NCBI GenBank assembly: GCA_951406725.2
Contig: OX597833.1
Location: forward strand, 49,910,001 to 49,974,000
Source: Octopus vulgaris
Lineage: Eukaryota
Reading direction: 5' to 3'
Length of the DNA: 64,000 nt
Part shown: piece by piece, positions 13,767 through 28,239 of the stretch
How positions within the stretch are numbered: the first letter of the stretch is position 1
Layout of the letters: every line of letters begins with the position of its first letter
The notes under the pieces: model-generated
Told to the model about the DNA's origin: nothing
Database searches by the model: none
The model's input: only the letters and a program-made list of their open reading frames with translations
Made by a program: the position numbers and the translations under genes

Positions 13767-15429
13767 TTCATACACTCATAGAAATACACTAAACGTATTG
13801 ACACAAGTATTGACATCTATATATACACACACATGCGTATCTACACGCTAAACGAAGGTCCCAGACAAACAAGGTGGAGTTAAAAATACAGACACACACA
13901 CAAACACACACACACACACACAAACACTTACATACACATACACGCAATGTAGATAACAGTTGAAGATAGAGAGGAAACAATAATACGAAGAATCAGTGAA
14001 ATAGAGAGAAATAAACAGACGAGAGGGGAGAAGACTGCAGAAGAACAGTGACTACTAAGCTGAAGATAGAGAGGCCAAGATATGCAGAAACAAAAACCAA
14101 CTAAATTAGACTCCTAACAAAATATCTTCAATGAACAGATGTTCGTGTGTATTTAGCAACATTCAACTGAAGTCTCACAACAGCTGTTTCTTAAACATGA
14201 ATGATTCACTTAGCAAAACCGCAGTCGTAATTAATCGCTAATGCGTACACTATGTATCGCAGAAATAGCAAAGTGAAAGACATGACTAACTGCTTGTTAA
14301 TATGGTTCGTTTTTTGTTTTTTTTTAATACCAAATATGATAATAATTTCTCATCCGAAATTATTTAATTGCGTAATGGTTGGTTATCGTTGTTGAGCTGG
14401 AACGAAGTGGATAAAAATTTACTTATTTGTTATTGAATCCTGCTCGCTGACGAGAAAAACAAGGTTGACGCTGGTGGAATTTGAACTGAGAATGAAGACG
14501 GAGCGAAATAGCACCTACTATTGCTAGAAATAAGAGCTAAAATATGACTCGAATAATGACACCAATCGCATGAGATACTCAGGGACTGCGAGCGGCAAGA
14601 CACAACATCTTTCTTCGGCGAGATGCACTCTCAGAATGAAGTCGAATATATATATATATGATAAAGTTCCCCTTTGGTCATGAATGAGCATCGGATTTCA
14701 AGGAGTAAGTACTGGGGTAGATTCATTCGACTAAAACCCTTCAAAGCTGTGCCCCAGAATGGCTGCAGTCCAATGATTGAAGCAAGTAAAACAAGAAGAT
14801 AAAAAGAAGACATGATTAATCGCTAAAATGTATGCATGTCACTTGTTCATTGCTACATTATTAACAGAAGGAGTGACCAATGGATAAAAACTAAACTGTT
14901 AATACACAACTATTTGTTTGATTTGCCACAAAGGCATCGACTTCATGTAGAGCGTTACGGGTTAATCAGCTGACAGAGCTACTTCCGCTCTGCGATATTT
15001 CCTACAACCGGAAATGACAGATTGAGGGAGTCAGTGAAGTAAATAGGCTCCCCAGGAATCAAATTAAACTTTTACTTCAAACTAACATAGCGAAGGTCTT
15101 ACTACCAATATATACAGACCTTGTATATTTGGCTTTAAAGAAGAGCTGTAATTTATAACAGTTATTTTGTTGAACCAACGAGTGAGCCATTATGTGGTCG
15201 GGTGAACTGCTAGAAATAAGAGCTAAATCAGTCTCAGCTAATACCTGATCTTATAAAAGAAGAAAATGCAGAAACGTTGGAGAATGTAATTGTACATAAG
15301 CAACGTTAGAAATTCTTCATAATTCTACTCGTACAAGAGTGATTTCCTTATTCCCAAAGTGATTTTAACGACACAAATGAAGTGCAGTAAAAAATATACG
15401 TAAGTGAATATGTTTATGCATGATGTGTG

Positions 15430-15731
15430 TGTGGAGGCGCAATGGCCTAGTGGTCAGGGCAGCGGACTCGCGGTCGGAGGATCGCGGTTTCGATTCCCAG
15501 ACCGGGCGTTGTGTGTATTTATTGAGCGAAAACATCTAAAGCTCAATGAGGCTCCGGCAGAGTGTGATGGGGACCCCTGTTGTACTCTATCATCCCAACT
15601 TTCTCTCACTCTTTCTTCCTGTTTCTTGAGTAACGCCGCGATGGACTGGCGTCCCGTCCACCTGGGGGGAACACATACGCCACAGAAACTGGGAAACCGG
15701 GCCCATGAGCCTGGCTTGAAAAGGGCGCATT
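15430..15731 (+). mobile_element. tRNA-derived SINE, family C head with D-type tail
   Basis: gtggaggcgcaatggcctagtgg...ttcgattccc head as in 30330; the 3' part matches 11130-11235. Confidence 0.88.
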
Positions 15732-16057
15732 AAAATTTAAAAAAATGATGTGTGTGTGTTTGTTTTTAAGTAACATGTCCCTTAAATTCTTGGGGGTTAT
15801 CGGGGGTGCTGGAGCCATGCGGCGTATCTAGAGCGAGAAAGCCTGGCGGAGCTGGTTCCTCTATAGGCTAAACTCATTATAAAACAGGTGAGTGGACTGG
15901 AGCAACGTGAAACCACAATCTTACGATCGCGGAACCAACACCCTAACGACTAAGCCACGCACACTCCACTGTTTACGTCTCAGCAACTTAGCTTGTTGGG
16001 TTAAAGAGATCGATAAAATAAGGGCTAGGCTAAATAAAAATAAGTATGGGTTGTTCT

Positions 16058-16472
<415 letters not shown>

Positions 16473-17648
16473 CATCTTTCAAGGTGGTGCTCCATTATGG
16501 CCACAGTCAGATGATTGAAACAATTAAAAGATAAAAAAAAAGTGGATTGAGTATATCTAAGACTATATTAGTGTCCTTCCTGTAAAACAAAAACAGAAAA
16601 CGAAAACACAGAAACCTTTGACTCGGGTGAGATTTGGTAGCTATTTCTAGCTGACCGATCGAGCATCTAAGAAGAACTATCATAGGTCCAGTAATAAATG
16701 TTTATTTAAAGGTAAAATAATTCATAATGAATTAGCCAGTTTTAAATGTGTGTGTGTGTGTGCTTGTGTGTCAGTGTGTCCGTGTCTGTGTGTGTTGGTT
16801 CAAATTCTCTATGTAACCAAACACATACTATATAAGCAGTAATCTTGTGTTATGTACTCATGCTGTGGATCATAAATCATGTTGCGACTCTGTAAACATC
16901 ACTTTCGTTCACGTTCACAAATCATGCATATGTTTCGAATAAGCAACCAAATGTATTATTGAGTGTATCTCTCTATAAAATTGTCTATATATGTGTTTAC
17001 TTTTCCTCCACCACTCCTCTACACGTTTCCCTGCACTGCCCTTACATATCTGTGTGTGTGTGTGTTCATATATACATTCTTCCCATTCTCATCTATCACC
17101 GGAAGTAAAGTCTTTCTTCCAATATCCGCACAATTCTTTTTATTGTATTTTATTGTATTTTATTATTCTGCCTGTTGTGTTTCCGGCCGCTACTCTAAAA
17201 ATTACAAGCAAAGTTTAAAATAAATTCCCTGCATCAAGAGAGCGCTTTTGTTTTAACTCCGCGAAACCTATATATTATATGTCATGTAATTCTAATTCTA
17301 ATTATTGTTTAATTAAGTGCAGAAAACAACTAAGTCCTTGTTACATCTTTGTACAGCTAATTTTAGTAGCATAGTGTAACTTTATCTTGTGTTGCTGTAT
17401 CATTTGCAGAAACCCACATTATGCCAATGTTAATTATATTACGTTTGCTAGAGCCCAGAATATATTAAAGCAGTTTTGTTAAGATTTGTTTTTAAATTTA
17501 GATTTTGTATTTTGATTTTGAGCAGTAAGCTCAGACTCCTCAATTTTAATAAACTTCTATAATCGAAGTGAAAATGCTTATTAAAAGGCGCCAAGAGTTG
17601 AAGAGAAACTTTCATTGTGGCTACAGTAATGGAAATTAATGTATCGAG

Positions 17649-18245
<597 letters not shown>

Positions 18246-18678
18246 ATGTATTCAGCGCAGTCTTTGTATGTAAACGACGTTTCTCGTTGCTGAAATTATG
18301 TTCACTCATGTTACAGCGCCATATGCATCACAGCATTAAAGGTGTTGATAGGTCTGAATCAGCAACGCTGTTGTATAAGCAACGTTTAACACTTCTGCCA
18401 CTTTCGCCAGTATAATTCCTCTCAAATGCAAATTTACTTTCACAGACATTCACCTATTAACTCATTTGACACTGATCCACCTTCGACTAGCTAAACTTCA
18501 TTTCCATATCTATTCCCTCCCACACACACACATACACCTTGTGAAAGTGATAATTTATCGCTCAGCTTGTTACAACATAGGTTTAATTTTGAGTGGGAAG
18601 AGAAACCTTTTACTATGTTGAAAAAGTTTGTGAATATACAAATTTTTCTATGAGTATTACCGACTTGAATCCTAATAA

Positions 18679-20300
18679 GTGAGCCGGTTTGAACTCTTTG
18701 CTCAGTGAGTCGGTTTCAGTAGAATTTGAACTCTTTGCTCAGTGAACCGGTTTCAGTAGAAGCCGAACTCTTTGCTCAATGAGTCGGTTTTAGTAGAAGG
18801 TGAACTCTTTGCTCAGTGAACCGGTTTCAGTAGAAGCCGAACTCTTTGCTCAGTGAGCCGGTTTTAGTAGAAGCTGAACTCTTTGCTCAGTGAACCGGTT
18901 TCAGTAGAAGCTGAACTCTTTGCTCAGTGAGTCGGTTTCAGTAGAAGCTGAACTCTTTGCTCAGTGAACCGGTTTCAGTAGAAGCTGAACTCATTGCTCA
19001 GTGAGTCGGCTTTAGTAGAAGCTGAACTCTTTGCTCAGTGAGCCGGTTTCAGTAGAAGCTGAACTCTTTGCTCAGTGAGACGGTTTTAGTAGAAGCTGAA
19101 CTCTTTGCTCAGTGAGTCGGTTTCAGTAGAAGCTGAACTCTTTGCTCAGTGAACCGGTTTCAGTAGAAGCTGAACTCATTGCTCAGTGAGTCGGCTTTAG
19201 TAGAAGCTGAACTCTTTGCTCAGTGAGCCGGTTTCAGTAGAAGCTGAACTCTTTGCTCAGTGAGACGGTTTTAGTAGAAGCTGAACTCTTTGCTCAATGA
19301 GACGGTTTCAGTAGAAGCTCCGGTTTCAGTAGAAGCGGAACTCTCTGTTCAGTGAGCCGGTTTTAGTAGAAGCCGAACTCTTTGCTCAGTGAGCCGGTTT
19401 TAGTAGAAGCTGAACTCTTTGCTCAGTGAGTCGGTTTCAGTAGAAGCTGAACTCTTTGCTCAGTGAGTCGGTTTCAGTAGAAGCTGAACTCCATGCTCAG
19501 TGAGCCGGTTTCCGTAGAAGCTGAACTCTTTGCTCAGTGACTCAGTTTCAGTAGAAGCTGAACTCTTTGCTCAGTGAGCCGGTTTCACTAGAAGCTGAAC
19601 TCTTTGCTCAGTGATTCGGTTTTAGTAGAAGCAGAACTCTTTGCTCAGTGAGTCGGTTTCACTAGAAGCTGAACTCTTTGCTCAGTGAGACGGTTTCAGT
19701 AGAAGCTGAACTCTTTGCTCAGTGAGACGGTTTCAGTAAAAGCTGAACTCTTTGCTCAGTGACTCAGTTTCAGTAGAAGCTGAACTCTTTGCTCAGTGAG
19801 CCGGTTTCAGTAGAAGCTCCGGTTTCAGTAGAAGCGGAACTCTCTGTTCAGTGAGCCGGTTTTAGTAGAAGCCGAACTCTTTGCTCAGTGAGCCGGTTTT
19901 AGTAGAAGCTGAACTCTTTGCTCAGTGAGTCGGTTTCAGTAGAAGCTGAACTCTTTGCTCAGTGAGTCGGTTTCAGTAGAAGCTGAACTCCATGCTCAGT
20001 GAGCCGGTTTCCGTAGAAGCTGAACTCTTTGCTCAGTGACTCAGTTTCAGTAGAAGCTGAACTCTTTGCTCAGTGAGCCGGTTTCACTAGAAGCTGAACT
20101 CTTTGCTCAGTGATTCGGTTTTAGTAGAAGCAGAACTCTTTGCTCAGTGAGTCGGTTTCACTAGAAGCTGAACTCTTTGCTCAGTGAGACGGTTTCAGTA
20201 GAAGCTGAACTCTTTGCTCAGTGAGACGGTTTCAGTAAAAGCTGAACTCTTTGCTCATTGAGACGGACTTAGTAGAAGCTAAACTCTTTGCTCAGTGAAC
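18679..20300. repeat. 37-bp tandem satellite, ~44 units, with higher-order duplications
   Basis: Unit gaactctttgctcagtgagNcggtttcagtagaagct; variant patterns recur at 185-bp and 499-bp offsets. Confidence 0.97.
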
Positions 20301-20984
20301 TAGTAACTTGACTGTTGTTGCTCCACGAACTTTTTTATAAATATCCGACGAATGAATAATGCAGTTAATACCCTTGAAGAAAATTTATGATCGCCGCAAA
20401 ATACTTCTCTTTTTCTCAAGTGTTTGAGAGATCGAAAAAGTTTTACAAAGTTCTGCTATATTCAGTAAGTCAGACACAAAATATTTTAACAAATGAACTG
20501 TTCGTTAAAATGCTTATTACTCCGACATTTCCGATTCTACATATATAAAAGTCAAGTTCCAGTCAGGTGGACATTAAATGACAATTAAACTATTTCCTGA
20601 AAGAAATTACATATGTCATCTTTATTGTTCTGGTTATTTAATACAGACATCAAGCAGATTCTGAAAACTAGTTTGTTATACAGGATATGTGTAGACTATT
20701 GAAATAATTAGCGTGTATTTCTAATATATAATTTAGCAACTCATGAGTGAAATCGCCTGAAGCAGAATTTAGATGTGCTGAACTTAGAAGTTTTGTTCTA
20801 TACGTAAATGCTGAACAAATAGTTTTGCTTCACTCTATATTACTTCAATTGCTTGCATGGAAGCCACTTCAGAAATGATCTCCAGTTTATACAAACAATA
20901 TATTACTTGCCGATGAACAAATATCACAATAATGAATGTAAACGAAGATGTGATTAAAATGGAGGAATTGTTGTTTGTTTTCAA

Positions 20985-21253
20985 TTTGATCGAAGGAGAT
21001 GAAACGCTGGCGTATCTTTATGAACTTGGAAATTAAAACTCAGTCCATGGAATGATTAAATACTTCTCCAAGCTTTAAAGTATGATCAGAGATCAGCATA
21101 TTAGGCTTATAAAGAATAAGTCCTGGGGTCGATTTGCTCGACTAAAGGCGGTGCTCCAGCATGGCCACAGTTAAATGACTGAAACAAGTAAAAGAATAAA
21201 AGAGAGTATACGTATACATTGTATGTACGTACTTATGTCTGTCTGTCTGTATG

Positions 21254-21287
<34 letters not shown>

Positions 21288-21890
21288 TGTATGTATGCAT
21301 GTATGTATGTATGTATGTATGTATGTATGTATGCATGCATGCATGCATGTATGTATGTATGTATGTACGTATGTATGTATGTATGTATGAATGTGTGTAT
21401 GTATGTATGCGAAGACGACAAAGATATCAGCATATTAGCCATAAAGACTCTTTTGCGGAGATGACAAAGATATCGTTCTTGATTTTCCGGAAGGTGCCTA
21501 CACCTTGAAAAACGAGCGGGAAAGTGAGATACCCTAAAAATCTTAGATGCCAGTTACAAACAGGAAGAGTACAAAAAGTAATCTGAAAACGACCCGCATT
21601 TACTATGACAATATTAGACCACACTCATCTTTAGGAAGAACCAATCAATCGGTTAAATAAGCGGGTCATTGGTCTCTCAGTAAGAATCATGTACACAGTC
21701 TTACACTTTTTCCGTCCCATGAAGGACAGTGATCAAGGACAAAGATTTGATGAAATAGACGAGGTGAGAAGGTTGTGGAGAGGAGGGTACAAGTAGTTTT
21801 ACATGGTTTTTCAAGTATTCTTCGACAGTTGGTTTCACCAATGGCACAAATGCTTGGCTTGTGATAGAGACTATTTTGAGTTGTGACTTC
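20985..21890 (+). pseudogene. Old degraded mariner transposase, interrupted by a SINE-A tail and (GTAT)n at ~21100-21410
   Basis: Fragments LIEGDETLAYLYE..KTQSME* (TGDETW motif, ~20990), YDNIRPHS (HDNARPH, ~21605), HFFRPMKD..GQRFDEIDEV and FDSWFHQWHKCLACDRDYFE (mariner C-terminus). Confidence 0.8.
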
Positions 21891-21992
21891 ACGTATAAGA
21901 ATAGTTACTCTTCTAATATGCGCAATTTGAACACTGTGTGTATGCTATCAAAAGAAAGCTGTATCCACTTTCGCATTCCTTTCTGGACTACA

Positions 21993-22039
<47 letters not shown>

Positions 22040-22072
22040 TATACATACACGCAGATGTTTTAATATATACAT

Positions 22073-22478
22073 AGGCGAAGGAGTGGCTGTGGTATGTAGC
22101 TTGCTTACCAACACATGGTTCCGAGTTCAGTCCCACTGCGTAGCAGCTTAGGCAAGTGTCCTCTACTGTAGCCTCGGGTCGACCAAGGCCATGTGAGTGG
22201 ATTTGGTAGACGGAAACTGAAAGAAGCCCGTCGTAAATATGTATATATAGATGTGTGTGTGTATAGGTTTGTGTGTCTGCGTCCCCCCTCCAATATCGCT
22301 TGACAATCGATGCTGGTGTGTTTACGTCTCCGTAACTTGACGGTTCGGCAAAAGAGACCGATGGAATAAGTACTAGGCTTACAAAGAATAAGTCCTGGGG
22401 TCGATTTGCTCGAGTAAAGGCGGTGCTCCAGCATGACCATAGTCAAATGACTGAAACAAGTAAAAGAGTAAAAGAGAG
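22073..22478 (+). mobile_element. SINE family A, full length
   Basis: Collinear with 1733-2157. Confidence 0.92.
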
Positions 22479-22504
22479 TATATATATGTATTGTACGTAC
22501 GTAC

Positions 22505-23115
22505 TTATGTATGTATGTATGTATGTATGTATGTATGTATGTGTGTATGTATGTATGTATGTATGTATGCATGTATGTATGTGTGTGTGTATGTATGTAT
22601 GTATGTATGAATGAATGAATGAATGAATGCATGTATGTGTGTGTGTGCGTGTATGTATGTATGTATGTATGTATGTATGTATGTATGTGTGTATGTATGT
22701 GTGTATGTATGAATGTATGTGTGTATGTATGTATGTGTGTATGTATGTATGTATGTATGTATGTGTGTGTGTATGTATGTATGTATGTATGTATGTATGT
22801 ATGTATGAATGTATGAATGTATGTATGTGTGTATGAATGTATGAATGTATGTATGTGTGTATGAATGTATGTATGTATGTGTGTATATGTATGTATGTAT
22901 GTATGCATGCATGTATGTATGTATGCATGCATGTATGTATGTATGTATGTATGTATGTGTGTGTGTATGTATGTATGTATGTATGTATGTATGTATGTAT
23001 GTATGTATGTATGCATGCATGTATGTATGTATGCATGTATGTATGTATGTATGTATGTATGTGTGTATGTATGTATGTATGTATGTATGAATGTATGAAT
23101 GTATGTATGTATGCG
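22505..23115. repeat. (GTAT)n compound microsatellite
   Basis: Seen directly; explains the 344-aa HTYI ORF. Confidence 0.97.
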
Positions 23116-24027
23116 TGAGTGCATGTACACATACAACATTGCTTCTTAATGAAAGTTCTCGGCAGAAGATAATGCAGTGCTGCACAAAAACCCAACTGTT
23201 GTATCTCACAGCTTATCAGAAATGAATAGAAATGTGTGGGAAAAAAATTAAAAATGATTCATGTTTAATTAGTTGTCAATATCACCCTGTGATGAACACA
23301 CCACACACGCACAGACACACACACCACCAACACCACCACTACTACACCACAGCACACTCATGCTACCTTTACTAATTTCCTACTGCTATTTGCTTCTGTC
23401 AATATTTGCAACTATTTGTCAATCAATGAAAAACTCACGACGAAGTCCATTAACACCAGTTTGTTTGTCCATTGTCTTCTAGTTTCGTTTACTCTAGTAC
23501 CTCTCTCCAAAGACACTTTCTCACCGTTATATACAAGAGTATTGAATTTTATCTTAGCTGTTTGATTATTATTTCACAACCAATTAAGTCCATGCCAATA
23601 TCTTTCTTCTATGGATGCTATTACTTAATATTTCTGTCTGCAGAACTAATCTCTGCAAACACACACGTACGTACGCATTCACGTGTGCACGCACATACGC
23701 ACGCACGTACACAAAGTATGTATGCAAACTTGTCAATATCCTACACATTCATACATGTAGCTTAGAAATGTAATACAAATATATAATGGAAATCATTAAC
23801 GTAATTCTAAAATCGACTGTCGCATAAGATAAGCAAAGATTACAATCCAGCTTCACTGAGATTCACACAACTCCACTAATACATTTCTTGTTCAATCACA
23901 AATACATAATACATAATTGTACATATTTTTTATGAGCAGTGATTCACACAATATCCCACAGGCATATGCATATACTTCTTTCTTTTTGTCCCTCTCGATT
24001 CTTTTCTATATAAACATACATACACTC

Positions 24028-24059
<32 letters not shown>

Positions 24060-24060
<1 letters not shown>

Positions 24061-24442
24061 CGAGCAAAACGTCCCCCGTCCAATGGACGGTGCTGAGTTG
24101 TCAAACATTTATACCAAATTTTCTCAAAGCCACTTGTCCGACCGTCCCATAGGCCACCCCTTTGAGAAACACTGATTTAACCTAAATTTGGGACACCAAC
24201 AAAAGAAGAAATAAAGATAGACTTTTTTTCTATTCCAAAGAAAAACGATTTCCCACGGCTTTATCGATCGCATTCTCACTTTGAATCGATTTTTGTAATT
24301 TTTTTTCAAGACTTATACACACCCTGATACCGTCGGTATCTACGTATCAAATTTGAGCACAATCGGATGGAGGATGCCCGAGATCCTAGAAGACATACAC
24401 ACACACACACACCGACAGGCAGAACGGATTTTATATAAGAGA
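24060..24442 (-). mobile_element. Non-autonomous Helitron-like element
   Basis: Minus strand begins a^TCtcttatata, then a microsatellite and ccgattgtgctcaaattt; ends with hairpin ccgtcca-t-tggacgg and CTCG^t (variant of CTRR). Confidence 0.75.
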
Positions 24443-24458
24443 TATGTGTGCATAATGT

Positions 24459-24795
24459 GAAGGTGCATAGCTCAGTGGTTAGAGCATAAGACTCACAATC
24501 ATGAGACAGTGAATTCGATTCCTGGATCGTGCTGTATGTTGGTGTCTTGAGCAAGGCAATTAATTTCACGTTGCTCCAGTTCATTCAGCTGTAGAAATGA
24601 GTTGCGTCGTCACTGGTGCCAAACTATATCGGCCTTTGCTAAGCCTTTCCCTTGTATGACATCGGTGGCGTGGAGAGAGGAGGCTCGTATGTATGTGTGA
24701 CTGCTGGTCTTCCATAAATAACCTTGCCCGGATGTGTACCTCAGAGGGGAACTTTCTAGGTGCAATCCCGTGGTCATTCATGATGAAAGAGGGTC
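24459..24795 (+). mobile_element. SINE family D head with alternative tail
   Basis: tagctcagtggttagagc A-box and ttcgattcc B-box; homologous to 8180-8500. Confidence 0.85.
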
Positions 24796-24833
24796 TTTCT
24801 ATATATGTATATACGTACAGACACACACACACA

Positions 24834-24878
<45 letters not shown>

Positions 24879-25619
24879 TATATCTATGTTTGTGTGTGTG
24901 TGTGTGTGGTGTTTGGCTTTGTGGTGAGGGTGCACTCATGGTCTTAAAATGGTAGTTTCGAATCCTGGATGGGGTGATGAGTGTTGTCTTCATTTATGGA
25001 ACTCTACATTTCACGTTACTCCAATGAACTGAGTTAACAAAAATTGAGTAAACCTGCGACTGATCAGCGACCCATCCAGGGAGTGGCGTATTATTATATA
25101 CGCCACAGAATCCAAGAAAGCGGCCTTATGAACCTCTAGCTTAAGGAATACCGTTGATCTATGATATGTAGTGGCGTGTCGGGTTTTTCACTTCTACGTC
25201 TTGAATCAGATACGCGAGATTTGCAATTCTCGCTTCATACGGGAGATCACCAGTAATTGAGCGCTTCTTGAGAAGTTCACTGCTGACTTGCAGTGTATAT
25301 TTAATTTCATGTTCCAGCTCTTCGTCTGAGATATTGATTTTTTATACTATTTTGTATCGGATGCTGTCTGAGTGATATCGAAGGTTGCCTGTACACATTT
25401 TCAGTTTCTTCTTCTCTGTTTGTGTATCTCTATCGCCATTTCTTTGGAGGTTTGCACTCAACGTCAGGATGTTGTATTTACATAAGTATATGTATGCGCG
25501 GCCACATATGATTGTTTATTACATTAAATATTATATATTATTTCGTATAATAAATCTCATATAGGTATTTATGTATGTACGAATGCATACATTCATATGT
25601 ATATACATATATATATCTA

Positions 25620-25800
25620 TTAAAAAATACAAAATGGGAAAAGAACGCAAAACATCCAGATAGACGATACACAGAAAACAAGGACTGGTCATTCGGAGTT
25701 TTCTTTCTTCAGTCGAATTCAAGATTATCTTTGCTATTTCGGCTTGTTATACTCGAGATTGCTCGGATGTTTTTGCGTTCTTGTCCCATTTTGTATTTTT
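25620..25800 (-). mobile_element. Family J1 element with an inverted duplication of its end
   Basis: Homologous to 2925-3110; ~35-bp inverted repeats at 25622-25656 and 25765-25800; TA-rich flanks. Confidence 0.7.
25697..25762 (-). ncRNA. Candidate permuted hammerhead (J1 copy 3, more decayed)
   Basis: Minus strand: gcaat-C-tcgagt, agcc-GAA-atagc, attcga-CTGAAGA. Stem I is 6 bp with a different sequence from copies 1 and 2; the stem II partner is lost. Confidence 0.55.
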
Positions 25801-25852
25801 ATATATGTATGTATATATATATATAGCGGCGTACGTACACTTTGGTCTCCAC

Positions 25853-25937
<85 letters not shown>

Positions 25938-26832
25938 CTGTGTATTCATAGATATGTATATATATGTGTGTGTAGTGTATGTGTGTGTAGTGTATGTGTG
26001 TGTGTGTGCGTGTGTATACAGTCTCTGGGGAAAACATTGAAATCTCTCAAATATATTTGACCTGTTTAAATATTGATAAACTTAATCATTATGTCTAACT
26101 ATGCAAAATATCATCCATCCATCTATCCATCCATTTGCAACACCTTTGTACGAATATATGAAACCATGTTTCGCTACAGATGACTATTCCTTTATATTAA
26201 ACTAATAGTCTCTACTATTGGCGCAAAGCCTGAAGTTTTGGGAAATGGGGAAGTCGATTTCAACGACCCCAGAACTCAATGGGTACTTATTTCATCAACT
26301 CCGAAAGGCCAAAAAACACTGTTGATTTTGGTGGTATTGGAATTCCAAATATAAAACCCTGAAGAAATACTGCTAAGCATTCTGTCTGTCACGCTAATGA
26401 TTCCACTAACTCGCCGCCTTCCGTAACATCATAATAGCATATCACAGAATGAAAAAACAATGACATTAAAACGGAGAAGTTTAATCTCTAAAACATATTA
26501 ACGGGGATTATGTTCTACGATCTAATTTAATTGAGTTGGAAAAAATTTTTGAAAATTTCAGTTTCTGATTGATTTTTCTGTCCAGACACAAATATCGATT
26601 TTTGCCTAATGAAGAATCTACGAAGCCAAACCCAGATTGATGTGCGATGTTTTTGACATATCTCTTGTGCTAAAGAAATACTTATTTGCGGAGATGACAG
26701 GTTCAAAGGCAACATTGTCAGGCTACATAGAATAAAGAACTCAAAGCAGATAGTCTGAGAGCCAAGATATTTGATCAATAACCTTTAGAATTTTATTTAA
26801 TTTGCTTTGCGAGAAGGACTGTTTCAACGAAG

Positions 26833-26894
26833 TCGCGTCCTGCCCTTACCTTCGTAACGCGGAGTATCCAAAACAAGGGCAACTGAAGAAGGAG
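26833..26894 (+). ncRNA. Candidate permuted hammerhead, unrelated family J2 (within a short element at ~26790-27020)
   Basis: tcgcgt-C-ctgccctt, cttc-GtA-acgcgg, aagggcaa-CTGAAGA-a-ggag. Stems III, I and II of 6, 7 and 4 bp; defects are A13>U and a C.A closing mismatch. Confidence 0.65.
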
Positions 26895-27483
26895 AATATT
26901 CCTTGTGTTGTATGTCTTGTACTCTGTTGTTTCGTTGTTTGAAAAAAGTCCGTTTCCATGTTTTTGTTTTTGTTTTCGTTTCTCATTGTGTTCCACGTTT
27001 CTTTGGTGTCCTGTACCCATATATGCATGTATATATATACATATAGATGTAGGTATGTACATATATGTATGTATATATGCATATGTTTTATATATTATTT
27101 TCTTATGTATGTATGTATGTATGTATGTATGTATGTATGTATGTATGGGCGATTGTTTACACGCGTTCATGTGCATTGCGTGCAAGTTACAAAAGCTCTG
27201 TTATGTATTTTTTTAATATAATTTGAAGTCATTGCAGATGCATAGGAAAAAATATAATTTATTATATTGCAACCAATAATTAAACATTAATGGTAGATTA
27301 AAAATATTTCGGTCGAAATTTCTTTTCAAAAACTGCTTAATTTATGCAAAGTAATACAAAAAAAGAATTTGATTAGCTTCTTGGCAATAATTCAATAATT
27401 TAGAATTGGGATATTCTTAATTTCGTTTATACACACAAACACATGCATGTCTAATATATATGTATATGTATAATGTGTGGAGT

Positions 27484-27516
<33 letters not shown>

Positions 27517-27758
27517 GCATATATAGTTATATATAGACATATACACATACGTGTAGACACACATAGACATAGATACTTACACAGAAACGTACACGCGCTT
27601 ATTTATATATATTTAATATATTAGTGAATTGTATTATTTAATATACACAATAATTAAATTAAAAATTACCAATTAACGGTTTTCCCCATAGATGAGCTTC
27701 ATCTTCTCCAATAGGCAGCGACTGCTTCCATTATTTGTTCATTTCGGCACCCCCACCC

Positions 27759-27823
<65 letters not shown>

Positions 27824-27830
27824 GTACACC

Positions 27831-27929
<99 letters not shown>

Positions 27930-28085
27930 GCATCTGAAGAAACATTTGTTTATGAATATATAATTAGTGTATGTTTTAAAGAGGACTTTAATAAATAGAC
28001 GGTCTTCAAATCAATGGGTCATTCTCTCTCCCTCTTTCCCTTTCTGCCACCCTCCCTTTATCTGAGTGTACATTACTCTCTCTCT

Positions 28086-28131
<46 letters not shown>

Positions 28132-28239
28132 CTATATACGTACCTAAGTTGGAGTACTGCATGCCTTGATTGTAAGCAAACTGAATAGTTCAAAGGAATT
28201 CAAATGTATATCTCTATTGTTTAACGTAGTGTAATCTAG

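Noticed and set aside
18679-20300. CRISPR array
   Set aside because: The 37-bp units are contiguous with no unique spacers, there are no cas genes, and the context is eukaryotic.
22105-23209. Long ORFs (344 aa here, 351 aa at 58164, and other YI/HT/CV/LSIY-rich ORFs)
   Set aside because: They are translations of stop-free microsatellites.
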